Source: Lama guanicoe (lineage: Eukaryota). From it: a stretch of DNA of 64,000 bases. The notes under the pieces are model-generated. The model saw nothing but the letters and a program-made list of their open reading frames with translations. It had not been told where the DNA came from and ran no database searches. The stretch spans positions 7,351,367 through 7,415,366 of the forward strand of contig MU054220.1 of NCBI GenBank assembly GCA_013239625.1, written 5' to 3'. Positions 12,501-25,924 of this stretch are shown piece by piece (position 1 is the first letter of the stretch; every line of letters begins with the position of its first letter). The position numbers were made by a program, and so were the translations under genes.

Positions 12501-14811
12501 TCAAGATACTTAGAAGAGTCAGATGAGTATGTGGTGCTCTGAAGCAATGTGATTTTTAAATAATGTGCCAAATTGTTTATTTGGTGCTTCAACTTGCTAG
12601 TTTTAATGAGGATACTGGAGATAATTATATCATCAAATATCACAGATGTAACATGTGAAAGCCTTAGTAAGGAGTCAAGGTCTTCTAGGAAGTCATTTGT
12701 CCATTTCTCATAGAATGCATTTTCAGAGTCAAATTTCTTATAAAAAACATCTCCTCTCAAACTATATACACATTATATTTGATTAGCATATTTCTGTACA
12801 AACGTCACTGTAGATTAATATGTCTAAACAATTGCTTTGAAAAAAATCAAAGTACCTTCTATTCTTTCTCTTCTGCCATAAGAAGAATATATGAATTCCT
12901 ACAAACTCTGTATTAGGTAGAAACCAGCTGTGATGTTGTTGTCTTTCCATGCTCTTTCAGGGTAAAAAATAAGATACATCTGGCCCCAAGAGAGAAACAA
13001 GAAATCTCCTAGAACTACCGACAGTGCACTGTCAGTTAAGGTCCAAATTTAGACGCTGAATGAAGCGCTCTTACAACACACACCAGACCCTGTCATTTTG
13101 TTTCTTTAAGTTCCTGCCAAAAACACTTCTGAGATTTCAATCTTACCATTATTTGAGAAATATATGCAAATATAAAGTTATATAATTAAATTGTAAAACA
13201 AGTGCTTTGCAGCAGCTGGAAAAAAAAAAACCATACTCCTTTGCTTTTGCCCAGAATATATTAAAATTTAAAAAAAAAAAAAAGAGGGAGGGGGATTGCT
13301 GCAAGATAGACAGTAAATTAAGCTTTTTAATGAAAACACATGATATTGGAAAGAATTCCACTGTTTTATAAATGTGGAGGGTACTCTTGCACGTCCTGGG
13401 TGAAATACAGAAAGCAAGAATTCTACAGAAATCCAGACCGTGAAAACATCTTTCCATATGTGGTCCAGGAACTTTATTTTCCAGGTAATCAATGCTGAAC
13501 TTTGCTATGTATCTGATGCTGAAGTGCTGAATTTGAGTTTGTCCAACTGGCATCAATCCCGTGTCTACCTGGTTGGCAGAAGTAGCTAATATATGGCTTG
13601 TTACCGGGACCACGGAGAAGACTCACTGTCGTCTGGAGGAGAGGGGCTGGTCTCTGTGGAGGCAGGAGAACCCCTTCTGATCTGTGTCCTCCAACCCTGA
13701 GAACTTGGCAGAATCTCCATCTCGCGCCAGCCCTCGGCAATCATAATGGAAACTCATCCATTATGGGAACCCCTGCCATTCATTATGTCTCTATATCAGG
13801 AAGGCTTCTGCGTAACAATTAGTAAATCTCCTGACTTTTGAGCCCTTAGTTCCACATTAAAAGAGGTAAAAAATAAAAGAGAACGTCATCTCTACTTAAA
13901 CACAGTTGCTAGTTTTGTAAAACGCATAGTTCTCTGAAAGAAATAAAGGAAGCCTCAACTGAACTAAATACATTAAAACATGCACCACAGTAATTACAAT
14001 ATTTTTTTATGCTATATACTTTCTTATGGTAACGACTATAAAATTTAAATCAAATAATTTGTAATACTAGGGAAATCATGGCTTTCTTTACTAATGGAAT
14101 CATTATGAAAAAAATCAATTTTAACAAAACTTGTGAAAAGCCTCAAAAGTCAAATGTTGAATTGGACTTCCCAGTCCTATGGCTAGTTTTATTTTTAAAA
14201 AATAAAGTTTTACAAAATGAAAGAGAGAAGTAATACAGTTTGTCTTTCCAGTAGCCCTCAAGCAGGCTAGCTCATGCTTGTAAAGATATTTCTTAACAGA
14301 AATGGATGTTAAAGAATAAAGCTTAGTTAATTCTGACCATAAAAATGTCATGTAGCTATGTATTCTCACCTAAAATTCTTTCAAGAGTCTTGCAAATAAG
14401 TCACTCTTAAAAAGATAATGCTAGCCTTTGTGAACTCAGTTGCATTTGGTTTTTTAAAGCCATATCTTTATTCTATGTAGAAGTATATTTTATCCCTGGT
14501 TTTTATTTCTCAGCATGTTTTCAGGTTTTCTAGAAGTGCTGTAAACTGAGACTACATGTCATTTAGTTATGCGATATGGAGGTCAACCCAGTATTGGTAG
14601 CAAGTCAATTAGGTGAATAAATTATTTCCTAGGCATTGTAGGAGTGGTGCCTCTTTTTTTTTTCTATTCTTAAACTCCACTTAGGAGATCCAATATTTTT
14701 ATTATAATTAATAGAACTGCTACCTCCAAGAAAAAGGAAGAAAGCAGGAAACTCATAATATTGAAAAATACTTTAAAAGATACAGAGTATATATCATATA
14801 TGTATATATAT

Positions 14812-14904
14812 AATTTTATGAATATAAACTTGTTACCATACTTCCTATCAAAGACAAATTTTATGAATATAAACTTGTTACCATACTTCCTATCAAAGAC
14901 AAAT
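14812..14904. repeat. Perfect 45-bp tandem duplication
   Basis: 'aattttatgaatataaacttgttaccatacttcctatcaaagaca' at 14812-14856 and 14857-14901. Confidence 0.95.
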
Positions 14905-15538
14905 GTATAGATTATTCATCAGACAGTAAGTGCTAATGAGATAAAAATCTCATTTATTGGCCAACATGGTTTCAATTTATTGACGTTATCATTAAACTCT
15001 TACAAAATTCAATTTATAATAAATCCTGAGAGTGATTTATGGTAGTTGTTTAAAGACCATTTTAGTAGTGAGAAAGCACTGACGTTAAGGAATAAAAATC
15101 CACAATTAGATGAATGTCATAAATGAACTGGGCTTGTGGAAATTAGTGGGCTATCGTTAGGTATACATAGGATAATTCAAAAATAAAAACGGTGTGCTTT
15201 ATAGCTTAGAAAGTGCTTTCAGCTGTTTTCTCATTTGCTGAGCCTTGAAAGAATGGTATGTGAGTGTATTTTAATTAATGAATCAAATTTCCCCTGAATA
15301 GAGCATTTGTCTGTGTATAGAACTATGAATATTTTAAAGCCATAAACACAGAATTGAAAGGAAGAAAACAAATCACTTGGGGAAAAAGTAAATGGTAAAA
15401 GTACAAAAAAAAAGTGGTTAGATTATTTTTATGTTAAGATGGATTCATTCACATACTGAAAATGAATTGAGAAGCCTCCTTAATTCTAAGCCCTTTTCAA
15501 GACTCTGGTTATACAAGAGTGAACAAAACCTATGTGAT

Positions 15539-15651
15539 TGGGTGACCAATTCACTTCGGTTTGCCCAAACTTTCCTGGGTTTAGCACTGGACATCCTGTA
15601 TCCCAGAAACCACCTAATTCAAGGCAAACCAGGGTGGCTGGTTGCTCACTT
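15539..15651. mobile_element. MER81-like hAT-Blackjack MITE
   Basis: 'gggtgaccaa...ggtttgccc...tttagcactg...ggcaaaccaggg...ggttg' with degenerate TIRs, about 113 bp. Confidence 0.75.
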
Positions 15652-17184
15652 TCCTACATTCTCTTCTGGTAATTGTCACCTTGATTCCATGATTCATATT
15701 AATGTTCTTATCTCATTGTCAATGGCAATGCCAGATAATATTGGCCACTAGTAAGCAGGGGCCAGAGCATTTTTTTCCTAAGTCGGGTAAGGTCATAACA
15801 AGAGCAAATGCTTGTAATATCAAATCCCCTAGAAAAGCTTCTAGGTGGCACTCTGCAGAGGGCAGCAGAAGCACAGAAGGCACAACGTCCCTCAAGGAGG
15901 AATTATGCAGTCAGGGGGTGTCAGCAATGACCATAGTTACCATCTGCAGGTCACCTACATGCATCACCTCCAGTCCTTACAAAGCCCTATAAGGTAGATA
16001 TTATTATCTCTATTTTAGAGATGAAGAAATTAAACTCTTTCCAGTGCACAAAAATTAGAAAGAAAAATAAAAGTGAAAGAAGAGAATTGGAGCTTTCAGA
16101 TGACTTAGCAGTAACATTTATTACTCAGAATAGAAAACTGTTCACAGTCTCCTTAGAATAGTTTATCTCTTGGGTTCTGTTATGTCATGTTCTGGAAAAC
16201 AGCCTTCTCTTTGGGGATACAACTTGGTAATTAGGTGTTAGTCTTATTTGAGCCTTCAAATTGGCAAATGAAATGGGTAGGTCAGTGCCTTTGAAGCACT
16301 CGATTGGTTAATAAGGCAATATTTTGAATATTGACTTGTATTGAATTTCACAGACGAACTTCAAATGGAAAACATTACAGATCAGCTAGCATTCAAAGAT
16401 AAAAATATATCAGTTAAACTATTTTTATCATAACCAATCAGGTTTAAGTATTTTACTTTTAAGGTTGCATTATGATTTAATTTTGTATAATAATCAAATG
16501 TTATTGATGAATGACAATATTTATGAATAACACAGTAGCTAAAACATCATATTCCAGTCCCTTCCCATTAAAAAAATTCTCTTTACTAACCTCAGTAGTT
16601 CTTTAACATTTTTGTTAAAGAGATCTTAAACATATAACTACATGAAAACATATAAACTGTTTTCATAAAGTCAGTATTTACCTTTCTTAGAGTACAGCAC
16701 ACTATGTAAAGCTATCTAAACTACTTAAGAGGTAAACACTAGGCAAAAAATTTTTTTTGCTTGCCAAGTAGCTGAAAGAGAGAAAAAATATAAGGTATAC
16801 CCCTAAATTTAGTGGTTTAACTTTTGAAAGTTGGAGATTCAAATGAACAATTCTGAATAAAAAATAATAATAATAATTGACTAACCAAATACTCCCAACA
16901 AATTTTAAGCATCTATACTTTCATTTTGGTCAGTAATTTTTTTATACTTAGTAAAAGCTTTACCTTTGATAAATAATAAATGCAAACAGAGTAAAGATAA
17001 TCATAAAAAACAGATGGATACAAGAAGGAATTAAGGGATAATATAGACCAGCATTGAGATACATTGGGAAAGCAGTCTCTCCACGAGTGATAGACTTGAG
17101 AATGGGACCCTAGTTGTGGATTTTTTAAGATGATATGAGTGATTAGTTTTAAATCCTTGGCGCTTTTCAGTATCTTTTCATTCT

Positions 17185-17830
17185 TCAATTCATTTATTTC
17201 TTTATTCATGAAATACTCATGGAGTATTCGATCTACGCCAACAACGAGTAAAGTTGTCAGAAATACAGAGAACAAGAACAGGCTGTGCCTTCAAGGAGTA
17301 CTGGATTACAGTATCGCAAAGACAACAGGGTATGTTGATCAGAAGACAGTGAATACAACGTAAGCAGAGAGACCTGAGCTGTGGAGTTGAAGGTGGGGAA
17401 ATCACGTTTGCTTCTTACAGGAAATGAAGCAGGGGGTGAGCCCTGGGGATGGATAGGAGTTAGCCAGGTGGAAGGAGGGGTTCATCAGCTTTTCAGCATA
17501 GCATACAGCAAGGTCAAGGAGCAAGTGACATCACGTGTGATGGAACTGCCCGTGGTTCCTTGCTGCCAGAGCAAAACATTGTTGCTAAAGACACAGGGAA
17601 GACAGTGATTGAAGACCTTGTGGAGCATGTTGAGCTACTGAATTTAGCTGATAGGTGATGATGAAGTGTGAGCAGCTAAGTAATTGAGAGACTTCCTCAG
17701 ATTTCAGCTTTGGCTAGGTCACTTGCATGGCAGAAGAAGAAAGATTTAAGGAGAATGTTTCACGACTACAGTGAAGAGATGATTCATGGAAATTACAGGC
17801 GGGATGAGTTGAAGCATCCAATTAAAAAAC
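17185..17830 (-). mobile_element. L2 LINE fragment
   Basis: 'ttcatttatttctttattcatgaaatactcatggag...gccttcaaggag' tail followed by purine-rich L2 body. Confidence 0.6.
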
Positions 17831-18046
17831 AAAAAAATCAAGCTAAGTTAGCTGGACGTGGTGTCTCATTGGTTAGTGGGGAGAGGCGAGGGAGTCAAGA
17901 CTTCTTGTTAACCAGCAGAAATAGAGAGGTGAGTGGGGGTTAGAAAATAGTTGTTGGCAGCTGAGGTAGAACATGCCGTTCTGGGTGGGAGCTGGGGTAG
18001 GAAGGTTATGTCTTCTCTAAATTTTAGGTATATGGAGTTTGAATAC

Positions 18047-18461
18047 TGTCAAAACCAAACTCTGCACACAGAATAAAACAAAGGAGACAGATGAGTTTAT
18101 CACCAGGCTTTCAAACTGCCAGCTGGGCAACTCAAGTCTATGGGAGCAGTGAGTTCTGGGTTGCTCACAGATGGGGGGATTTTTATAGGGTAAATGCAGA
18201 CATTATCTGGCTTTTTTTTAAGCTGATTGGTTGCCTAGTATTCTCACCTATTTGGATCAGGGTAGCTGAGTCACCTGAACAAGTAAGTTCAGAGATGGTA
18301 TGAATAGACTTAGTGTCCGGAGATTGGCTGGTATCCTCTGCTGACTTCTGAGAAGAGCCACCCATTTCCATAAGATTAGGTTACATTTTCTTTAGGCACC
18401 TACATTGAATGTTCCCATTTTGTCCCTGATATAAGTGACTCCATTTTAGCTTGGTTCTACA
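18047..18461 (-). mobile_element. ERV1-type solo LTR (415 bp) with 4-bp TSD ATAC
   Basis: TGT...ACA ends; ATAC at 18043-18046 and 18462-18465; minus strand carries CCAAT ('aaccaatcagc') then TATA ('cctataaaa'). Confidence 0.8.
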
Positions 18462-18664
18462 ATACCCATGGGAAATCCAGGTAGAGTTGTCCAGCAGAAA
18501 GGATTTCTGGACTAGCACTATTTATCTTTCTGTCATCAACACAAACTTTGTAGTGAAAAATTAGGTAGTTCTTGGGACCACCCAGCATGCCATTCAAGAA
18601 TTCCAGTGGGTAAAATATAGACTTGGGAAAAATAACATTTGAGGGGTGTGGCAAGGAAGAGAAA

Positions 18665-19350
18665 CTTATTTATTCAAAATCTATTAAAGAAATAGTCCTT
18701 GAGTCTTTACTACATGCCAAGCTCTATGCTAGACCGTGGTGCTATCACTTTGAGGATGTCACAGTCTAAAAAAGGAAGACAAAAGACACAAAGAATTGTT
18801 TAGTTGCAGTTGTGAGAAGGGTTATCAAGTAAAATTTCAGGATCAGATAATTGAGAATGTCAATAAGGGAATTTTTTCTAGTCTGGGAGGTTTCTTTAAA
18901 GTAGTAGCTTTTAAAGGGAGAAAAGAAGACTGAATTGCTACCAGGCAAAGAGAGGTGAAGGCAGAGTGACTTTGAAACAAGAACTGACGTGGGTTAAGTT
19001 CCTGAGGTTTAAAGAAACAGATGAACAGGGGGACAAAGGACAAAAAAATGAAGACAAGAACCAAGAGAAGATTTAGGAGAGCCAGACAAATAGAGTTTTA
19101 CAAAGGGCTGAAATACAATAATGTAAGAAATATTAGAATAGTCACTGAATTTGGTAATTAGGAAGTGATCACTTTAGCAAGAACAGTTTTAGTAAATGAT
19201 TGTATGGGTTGGTGTGAGTGCAGTGAGAAGGGAAAAGGAGGCTGTTTAACTATAGAGGGAAGGAATTAATTAGCAAGGCAGAAATGGAGGCAATGAGATG
19301 GATTACTCTGAGGGACTTCGAAATGAAAAGCAGAAGTAGAGAGATTAGTG
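18665..19350 (-). mobile_element. L2 LINE fragments
   Basis: 'tatttattcaaaa...ttgagtctttactacatgccaagctctatgctag' and downstream purine-rich L2-like stretches. Confidence 0.5.
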
Positions 19351-22300
19351 GTGATTGATAACTAAATGAGAAAGAAAAGAAGACAGAGGACAAGAAAAGA
19401 GAATTTAGACTTTATTCCATAGGTAATGGAATAAAGAATGGAAAAGAAAAATACACGTGGACTAACATTTACATCAGAATGATCAATTTATGAGAATGAA
19501 ATGCGATATCAATAAAGTGATCAATCCCAGTCTAGCCAGGCTTGAAGAAATAACAGAAAACTGCCTTAGATTTTTAAAAACTAACCCTGTACTTTCTGAT
19601 GTATATCGTATGAGTGGCCCACTATTAGTGGAGATAAAGAAAATTTCCCGAGGAATCATGGACTCATGATCTCTATATCCAGACTGGTTTATATTTTATA
19701 ATATTTCGAGAGAACAAGAAACAGATATTTTGATGAGTTTCCTGAATAGCTGATTAATCCATTTGGGGAGGTTCTTTCATCTCTTGATATACAATGAAGT
19801 AATAAAATTAGCACTTAATGGAAGAACAATGAAACACGAAATTCAAAATACTATGGAGTCCATTATGGAAATGAAATTAGATTATCATCTATTAAATAAC
19901 TTATTAATTGATGTCATAATACCTCAGAACAAAAGAGCACAGTTGCCATTTTCCAATGCAGTGAAATAAAAACTATGGTGAATGGAAGGAATGCAGGCTT
20001 TTACAGTTGTGAATAGAATATAGACGATCATTTCAGAAAAAATACTGGAAGCTTCAATATGAAATGAATTAAACCTCTAGGGACCAGACTGCAAGTAATC
20101 ATCTTGCTGTGAGCACCAAGGCACAGACAGGAAGTAATATAATACAGCTCTTCCATCCCAAACGCTTCTCATTTAATGTTTAGCTACATCACATACATTA
20201 CCAATTGTAAGATCTGAAAGATTTTGAGAATTTTTGGCATTTGTGCCAAGACAAATGATATTAAATTGGTAGGTAAATGACGATAATTTTTAATTTAGTT
20301 TTCAATCAAACATTATCTACAAGCTATCTGTTCATGCTGGCTTAGCAAAGTACAGCAAGATGTTTTTATCACACAATAATAATTGACTTTTGTCAATTGT
20401 AAGTGTTAATAAGTAACATTTAGAAAAGGAGACCTGGATCCTCTTTGCTGAGTCATGATGATTGGATTTGCCATTCTTAGGATGCAGATCAGGGTAAAAT
20501 ATTTCTATGCTAACCATTAAGCAATGAAAAAAAATCGAGAGTCCTGGGCAGGTAACATCACCTGGATCAAAATGATAATCGTTAGAACCGGGAGCACAGC
20601 AGAGGCAAAAGAGGAAAAGGAGTTTTTAATCAGACACAGAGTCTTGAGGAAAGTTACAGTCTCAGGCTGTAAACATAATACTAGTGGTTTGGACTTCCCA
20701 TTCATTTCTTTACAGTTCGTTGATCAGACGTTTACTAGCACATATTCGTGGAAGTCGATCATTTCATTTCGTGCCTTCTTAGCGTGTCACAAAATGGAAA
20801 ATTTAGTGTAGAATTTAGCTAGATTCCCTGCTTGGAATTGATGATCTCTACTTTCCATATTTTAATTGATTCATTAAAACTCATTAAGCATTTAAACTCT
20901 ATATCCAATGAAACAAATATATGGATTGAGTTTTTCCTTTTATTTACCCTTTATCTTTTCATTCATTTGATTCTAAAAGCATGACCACAAATGATTTTAT
21001 TGTTCTTTGTTTTATTTTAGATCTAGAAATTTTTGCTCAGCTAATCCACGGCTATGAAAAATGTCCTACATTTTAAAATATTTGTTTTATAAGCTTCCTT
21101 TAAGCATTTGGCATAAACACTGTCTTACTTAGCCATACTTTCCTTGGATCAAGTCACACTCTATTAGATTTACCCATTTGTCATTGAGTCCGGTCATAAG
21201 AAATTTTTGGAATAGAAATAGCCTAAAACAAAGGCTTAGAATATCATCAAGCCATTGCCTCTGTTCTAATTCTGATTATTTAGGTTTTCAATTTCAAATA
21301 TTTTTATTTTCTTAGTAGCCACCCAATCACTAATTATCATATTTTAGCTTTTAGTTTGGGGTTCCAAATTTCCATTAAAAAGGAAAAGATAGGACTTCTT
21401 TGAAACTGCATGACTCTCATATTTGTGTGACTGTATGTACGTGTGGGTGTAAATCCATGTGCTTCCTGCCCACGTTTGTGTTCTCCCTTCTTTTGCTGCT
21501 AACGGACACACATTCCATCAGTTTTTAGTGAATGCATAGAAAAGTAGTTTTTCTCTTCTGGCAGTGTCATAAATTAAAACTCAAAGAGGAGAGAGCCAAA
21601 TTATGTGCTTTTTTGTCTTTATCATTTTGTGCACTTGCTCCAGACCAATTCAAAATATTGAACATACAATGGTTTCGACTTTGAAGCCACATTATTTCTA
21701 CATATGTTTTCTTTTATTTGTCTTTTCCTCCTTAGAAAAACAGTTCTTCCGCAATATGCCATTTGTGTATCTACATTATTGATAATAATAATTAATATGA
21801 TTATACTCCTAATAAAATTATAATCGCTAATATTTATTGAATTCTCAGCTCAGATGACTCTTAGATTCATGAATTTGATTGTATATTTCTCAACTTTCCC
21901 AATTTCCCCTGGCATTAAGACTAAGTACTGTTTTTGGGGGTTTTTTGGTTTTTTTGGTTTGGTTTGGTTTGAGAAAAATAACGGATGAATTTGAAGATTC
22001 CACCTCAGAGAAACTAGGACTAGAATTGTGTACCCTTTTTATTCCTCTTCTCCCAATGCCTATCCTTGAGGGCTAGGAACACTACCACTATACTTGTGGC
22101 TTATGTAAAAAGACTGCTTCATTAAATCGTTTTTGATAAATAAGTTCTTCAAAGACAGAACTGAAGAAAGCAGTTAATGAACCTATAGCTTAATTTCACT
22201 GAGCCTCTCTTTTACAGGGCCATAAAAGGGAATCTGCCTCACGAAGGTTAATCACACACAAGAATTCTGGTCCTAAACTCTTTCTGTTCCTTGGGAAATG

Positions 22301-23139
22301 CGTTTTCAGAGTTACCGAGCCCCTTCAGTGATCTGAAACCGAAACTTTGAAAATGTAACCCTGAAGATATCCATTAGGGATGAGGAAAGGAATAAATTTA
22401 AGAAGCAGCGTTTATGATTTTGCAAAGTTGATGCCAAGTCTTCTTCTCGTCTTTATACTTCTAATCACGAGCGGCAGAGCTGAGTTAATATGAGCTCATA
22501 GGATGTCACCTTCCGGCCCCAATCGTATTTCTACCAAGCAGGGTGCTTTCAGTCTGGAGACTTTTAGAAAATGTCTAACATGAGGCAGTTTGGGAATTTT
22601 GACTTCTCTTTGTTTTTCTCTAAATTCCGGGGCAGCATCTTGAGAAATGGAGAACTCGATTACATCAAACTAAAACACGAAGGCGTCACACATGAAGACA
22701 CAATGAATTTCGAAGTAAAATGCATGTGCCACTTACCAACCACCATAGACTACGTCAGTGAATTTCAGTTACTCGTGTTTCACGGCAAAACCCAGTTACT
22801 TGTGTTTCACGGCTTCAAACTCTTATTTATAGTTTGTGGTTATTTTGTGCACAAACAGTCTCCCTACTCTACTCAGCTTTGCTCTATAACCCCCTTTTAA
22901 GGGGTTAGAAGGACTTTAAAAGCCCCAGACTCTCTTCTTTCAAGTTTTCTTTTAGCATTCTCCCATCCTTGATTTTTCTAAAATATGCTAGCCGAAAGTT
23001 TTTGAAATCTCAAGTTAACTGACCAGACAGCAATAGATACAATAGAAATCTTGGCAACTGTATAGAACCAATCTCCACATCAATCATATGGCTCCAAGAA
23101 GCAGAAGTTCACTTTTAAAAAAGTTTGTTTGAAAAGAAT

Positions 23140-23348
23140 CAGGGTCAGCAAACTACTGCCCTCCTGTCAATGGGCACTGCTAGTAAATATAATTTTATTG
23201 GAACACAGCCAAGTCCATCGGTTTATGCATTTATCGCATGGTTACTTTCACACTACAATGACAGAGTTTAGTTACAGTTGGGACAGCATGTTACAAAAAG
23301 TCTAAAATATTTACTATGTGACTCTTTGCAGATAGTTTGCCAACCCCC
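23140..23348. mobile_element. MER58A-like DNA transposon
   Basis: TIRs 'cagggtcagcaaact' and 'agtttgccaacccc'; internal 'ttttattggaacacagcc'. Confidence 0.8.
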
Positions 23349-24403
23349 AATGTAGAAGATAGGAGTTAATTATAATTAATTATAATTATAATCTGCAATT
23401 ATAAGCAATCGCTTAATGTGGTATTAAATCATGTGTAATAATTTGACTCTGAAGTCCCATATCTGCACTCTTCAGAACCATCTTTCTTTCACCATCCTGC
23501 TTTTATGCTGCCCGTAAGTGTATTATAGATCGAAACAGCATGCTATTTATGCATAAGTGAAGTTCTGCATGAGACACTGTCCCATGACTTAACATAATGT
23601 CTTTGAGGTGCTTTCAGCAGTTTCATCGGTTGCAGAATTTATTACCACCTTCAAAGCAGTTCGTCGCATCAAAGCAAATCAACAAGAATCTCATTATTAA
23701 AAGAAAACTAGCCAATGGGTTTTGATCAAGAAGGCTTTCTTTTCGTAAAGAAATGAATAAAGCCAACGTCTCTTAAATGTGAATGTTCCTTTGGGACGTT
23801 CATATTATTCTATGCTGAGTTTATATGTTGATTAGATGCTTCAGTTCAAATGCTGTCTTCCTGAAGAAATGTTTACTTTGCTGTGTTGATGACTCCGTCT
23901 TCAACTAGGATTATTAGCAGAATATAGTTAGGCCTAAAAATAAAAAAAGACAGGTGTTCAGGCAACCATGACAAATTTAAATGGCTTGATTACTTCTCTG
24001 TGGTAGATGATTTGTTTTATTGTCTGAAATAACACAATTACATTGCGTTCTGCTTCCATCTATAGTTACATCAAAGAGAAGATAAAAGAATAAATTAAGC
24101 TGGTTTCAAGTACATTTTGGATAATAAGTGCAGAGCATTTGAAAGTTGGCAGACCAGGTGAAATGTGCCCAAATTTCACTAAAACTAATATCTAATATTT
24201 TGAGGATTCTGACTTGACTTATATTTCAACTCTCAATCTGTCTTCCAAGTGCTTTTGAACAAGTTCCACATCTCCATTTGGAATAATGAGCAATAGGGAA
24301 ATTTTTCTTTGCCTAGTAATCCAAGATAAGAAAAGCTCCTATCCAGATGATTTTCTCATAGAGATTCTATCCAGAGCTTTTGCTTCCCACTTAAGTGTTT
24401 AAC

Positions 24404-24594
24404 TCAGCCTTTCTCAATTCTGAGTCTACATTAGAAGCACCTTGGAAAGTTTTTTAAAAATAGTGATATTCAAGCTCCATACATACTTTAGAGATTCTGA
24501 TTGAACTGGTCTTGGATCGAGCCAAAGCATCATTATTTTTTTTAGAGATCTGCTTGTCCAAAGTTCTGATATATACTAGAGTTAAAAACTTCTG
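24404..24594. mobile_element. MER5-like hAT-Charlie element
   Basis: 'tttctcaa...cattagaagcacc...agagattctgatt...ttaaaaacttctg'. Confidence 0.6.
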
Positions 24595-25514
24595 ATCTAA
24601 ATTCTTTAGTAACCACAGGCAGGTTGAGCCTATGTAACAGCTAACCCAACAGACTGTTGGCTGAAGCAAAGCATAACATTTCTGATGGAGGTTAAAATGG
24701 ACTTGAAATAGCCAAACTGCATGGAAACTTAGTTTTTAACGCAGCCTGGAAGCAGATGACTGGGATTCACTTCCCAGATTAATTACAATACCATACCTGT
24801 ACGTGGTACACCATTTTGCCATGTTACTTTATACTCGGCTGATACTTGCTGATGGTTGAATGAATATAAATGCTAACTAGTTGTGCAGAGCATACTATTA
24901 GTTGTCAACTGTGTTCTTTGGTCGTGAGTTTACATGGCCATCCTAATCCCTGTGGATAAAAGTAGCTAACACGTTTCAGATTGTGAGTATAGATGGGACC
25001 TGGGATGTAGGAAAAAAGAAAGTGTGATTTGCTGTCAGTGGACGTCTTTAAGCAGTCACATGCCTCTTCTGGGATAAGAAAGATAGAAGCTTCACCAAAG
25101 ACAGGAAGCTGAATTTCTTAGATACCCAGGCAAGGGTTGCTCCTGTCATAGTTTCCTGGGGCCGAGGAAGATAAGGGAGTTGCCGGGGGGGTGGCATGCG
25201 GAACGAAGAGCTTCACCTCCAGCTTTAGCGAATGGTGGAATTTTGTCATTCTGCTCCTGGTGTTTCTAATGAAACCTGTGGTGAAAATCATACCTTAAGA
25301 TGATCGTAGGGTACAGGATGAGAATAAAAGCACCTCAGAATAGCTTTCTTCTTTCACAAATGCAATGAGATGAATGCTGACACCTCAATACTTTCACTAT
25401 CCTTTTTTATTAGAAAATTATTCAACGTCTAGCTTTTTTCAAAATGTTGGGTTTTATCCCGTGTTTATTCATTATCAATGTTGAAATTCCTTACATGCTT
25501 AATTTTGTTACTAT

Positions 25515-25582
25515 TATTCTTTCTTTCCTTCCTTCCTTCTTCCCTTTCACTTTCTTTTCTTCTCTCTTTTCCTTTCTTTTTT
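25515..25582. repeat. Pyrimidine-rich low-complexity tract
   Basis: Near-pure T/C run 'ttctttctttccttccttccttcttccctttc...'. Confidence 0.8.
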
Positions 25583-25618
25583 ACTTGTTAAACTATAAAA
25601 ATCAATCCATACTGTTTT

Positions 25619-25698
25619 GGGGGTTGGATATAAGTCCTGGGTTGAATTCCCAGTACTTCCATTGAAAAAAATTTTTTTTAAATAAAAAAATAAAATAA
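25619..25698 (+). mobile_element. Internally deleted tRNA-Ala-derived SINE with 15-bp TSD
   Basis: TSD 'aatccatactgtttt' at 25604-25618 and 25699-25713; body 'gggggttggatata|agtcctgggttgaattcccagtacttcca' plus A-rich tail. Confidence 0.8.
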
Positions 25699-25924
25699 AA
25701 TCCATACTGTTTTAAAAGAAGGACCAGTACCATACAAAAATATGTAAAGATGACACTTACTACCCATGAGTCCCAGGTAACTAACATAAAAGTCCGATGC
25801 ATATTTTTCACACCATTAATCTGCTTAAGCTACTGCCATGAAATATATATCTAGATAATAAAATAGTCTATTTTATTATGTACTATTATATATTATATAT
25901 GTGTTTCCTTTAGGAACAGCTCTA

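Noticed and set aside
13020..13033. 14-bp palindrome gacagtgcactgtc
   Set aside because: About four are expected by chance in 64 kb (64000/4^7)
13149..13822. Cluster of 74-154 aa ORFs on both strands
   Set aside because: Run through homopolymer tracts, mostly non-ATG starts, no protein family resemblance
19400..20100. A-rich stretch that might be a decayed coding or ancient LINE sequence
   Set aside because: I could not match any motif or sustain a reading frame; unsupported without a Dfam search
23367..23388. 22-bp AT-only palindrome taattataattaattataatta
   Set aside because: Low-complexity slippage product
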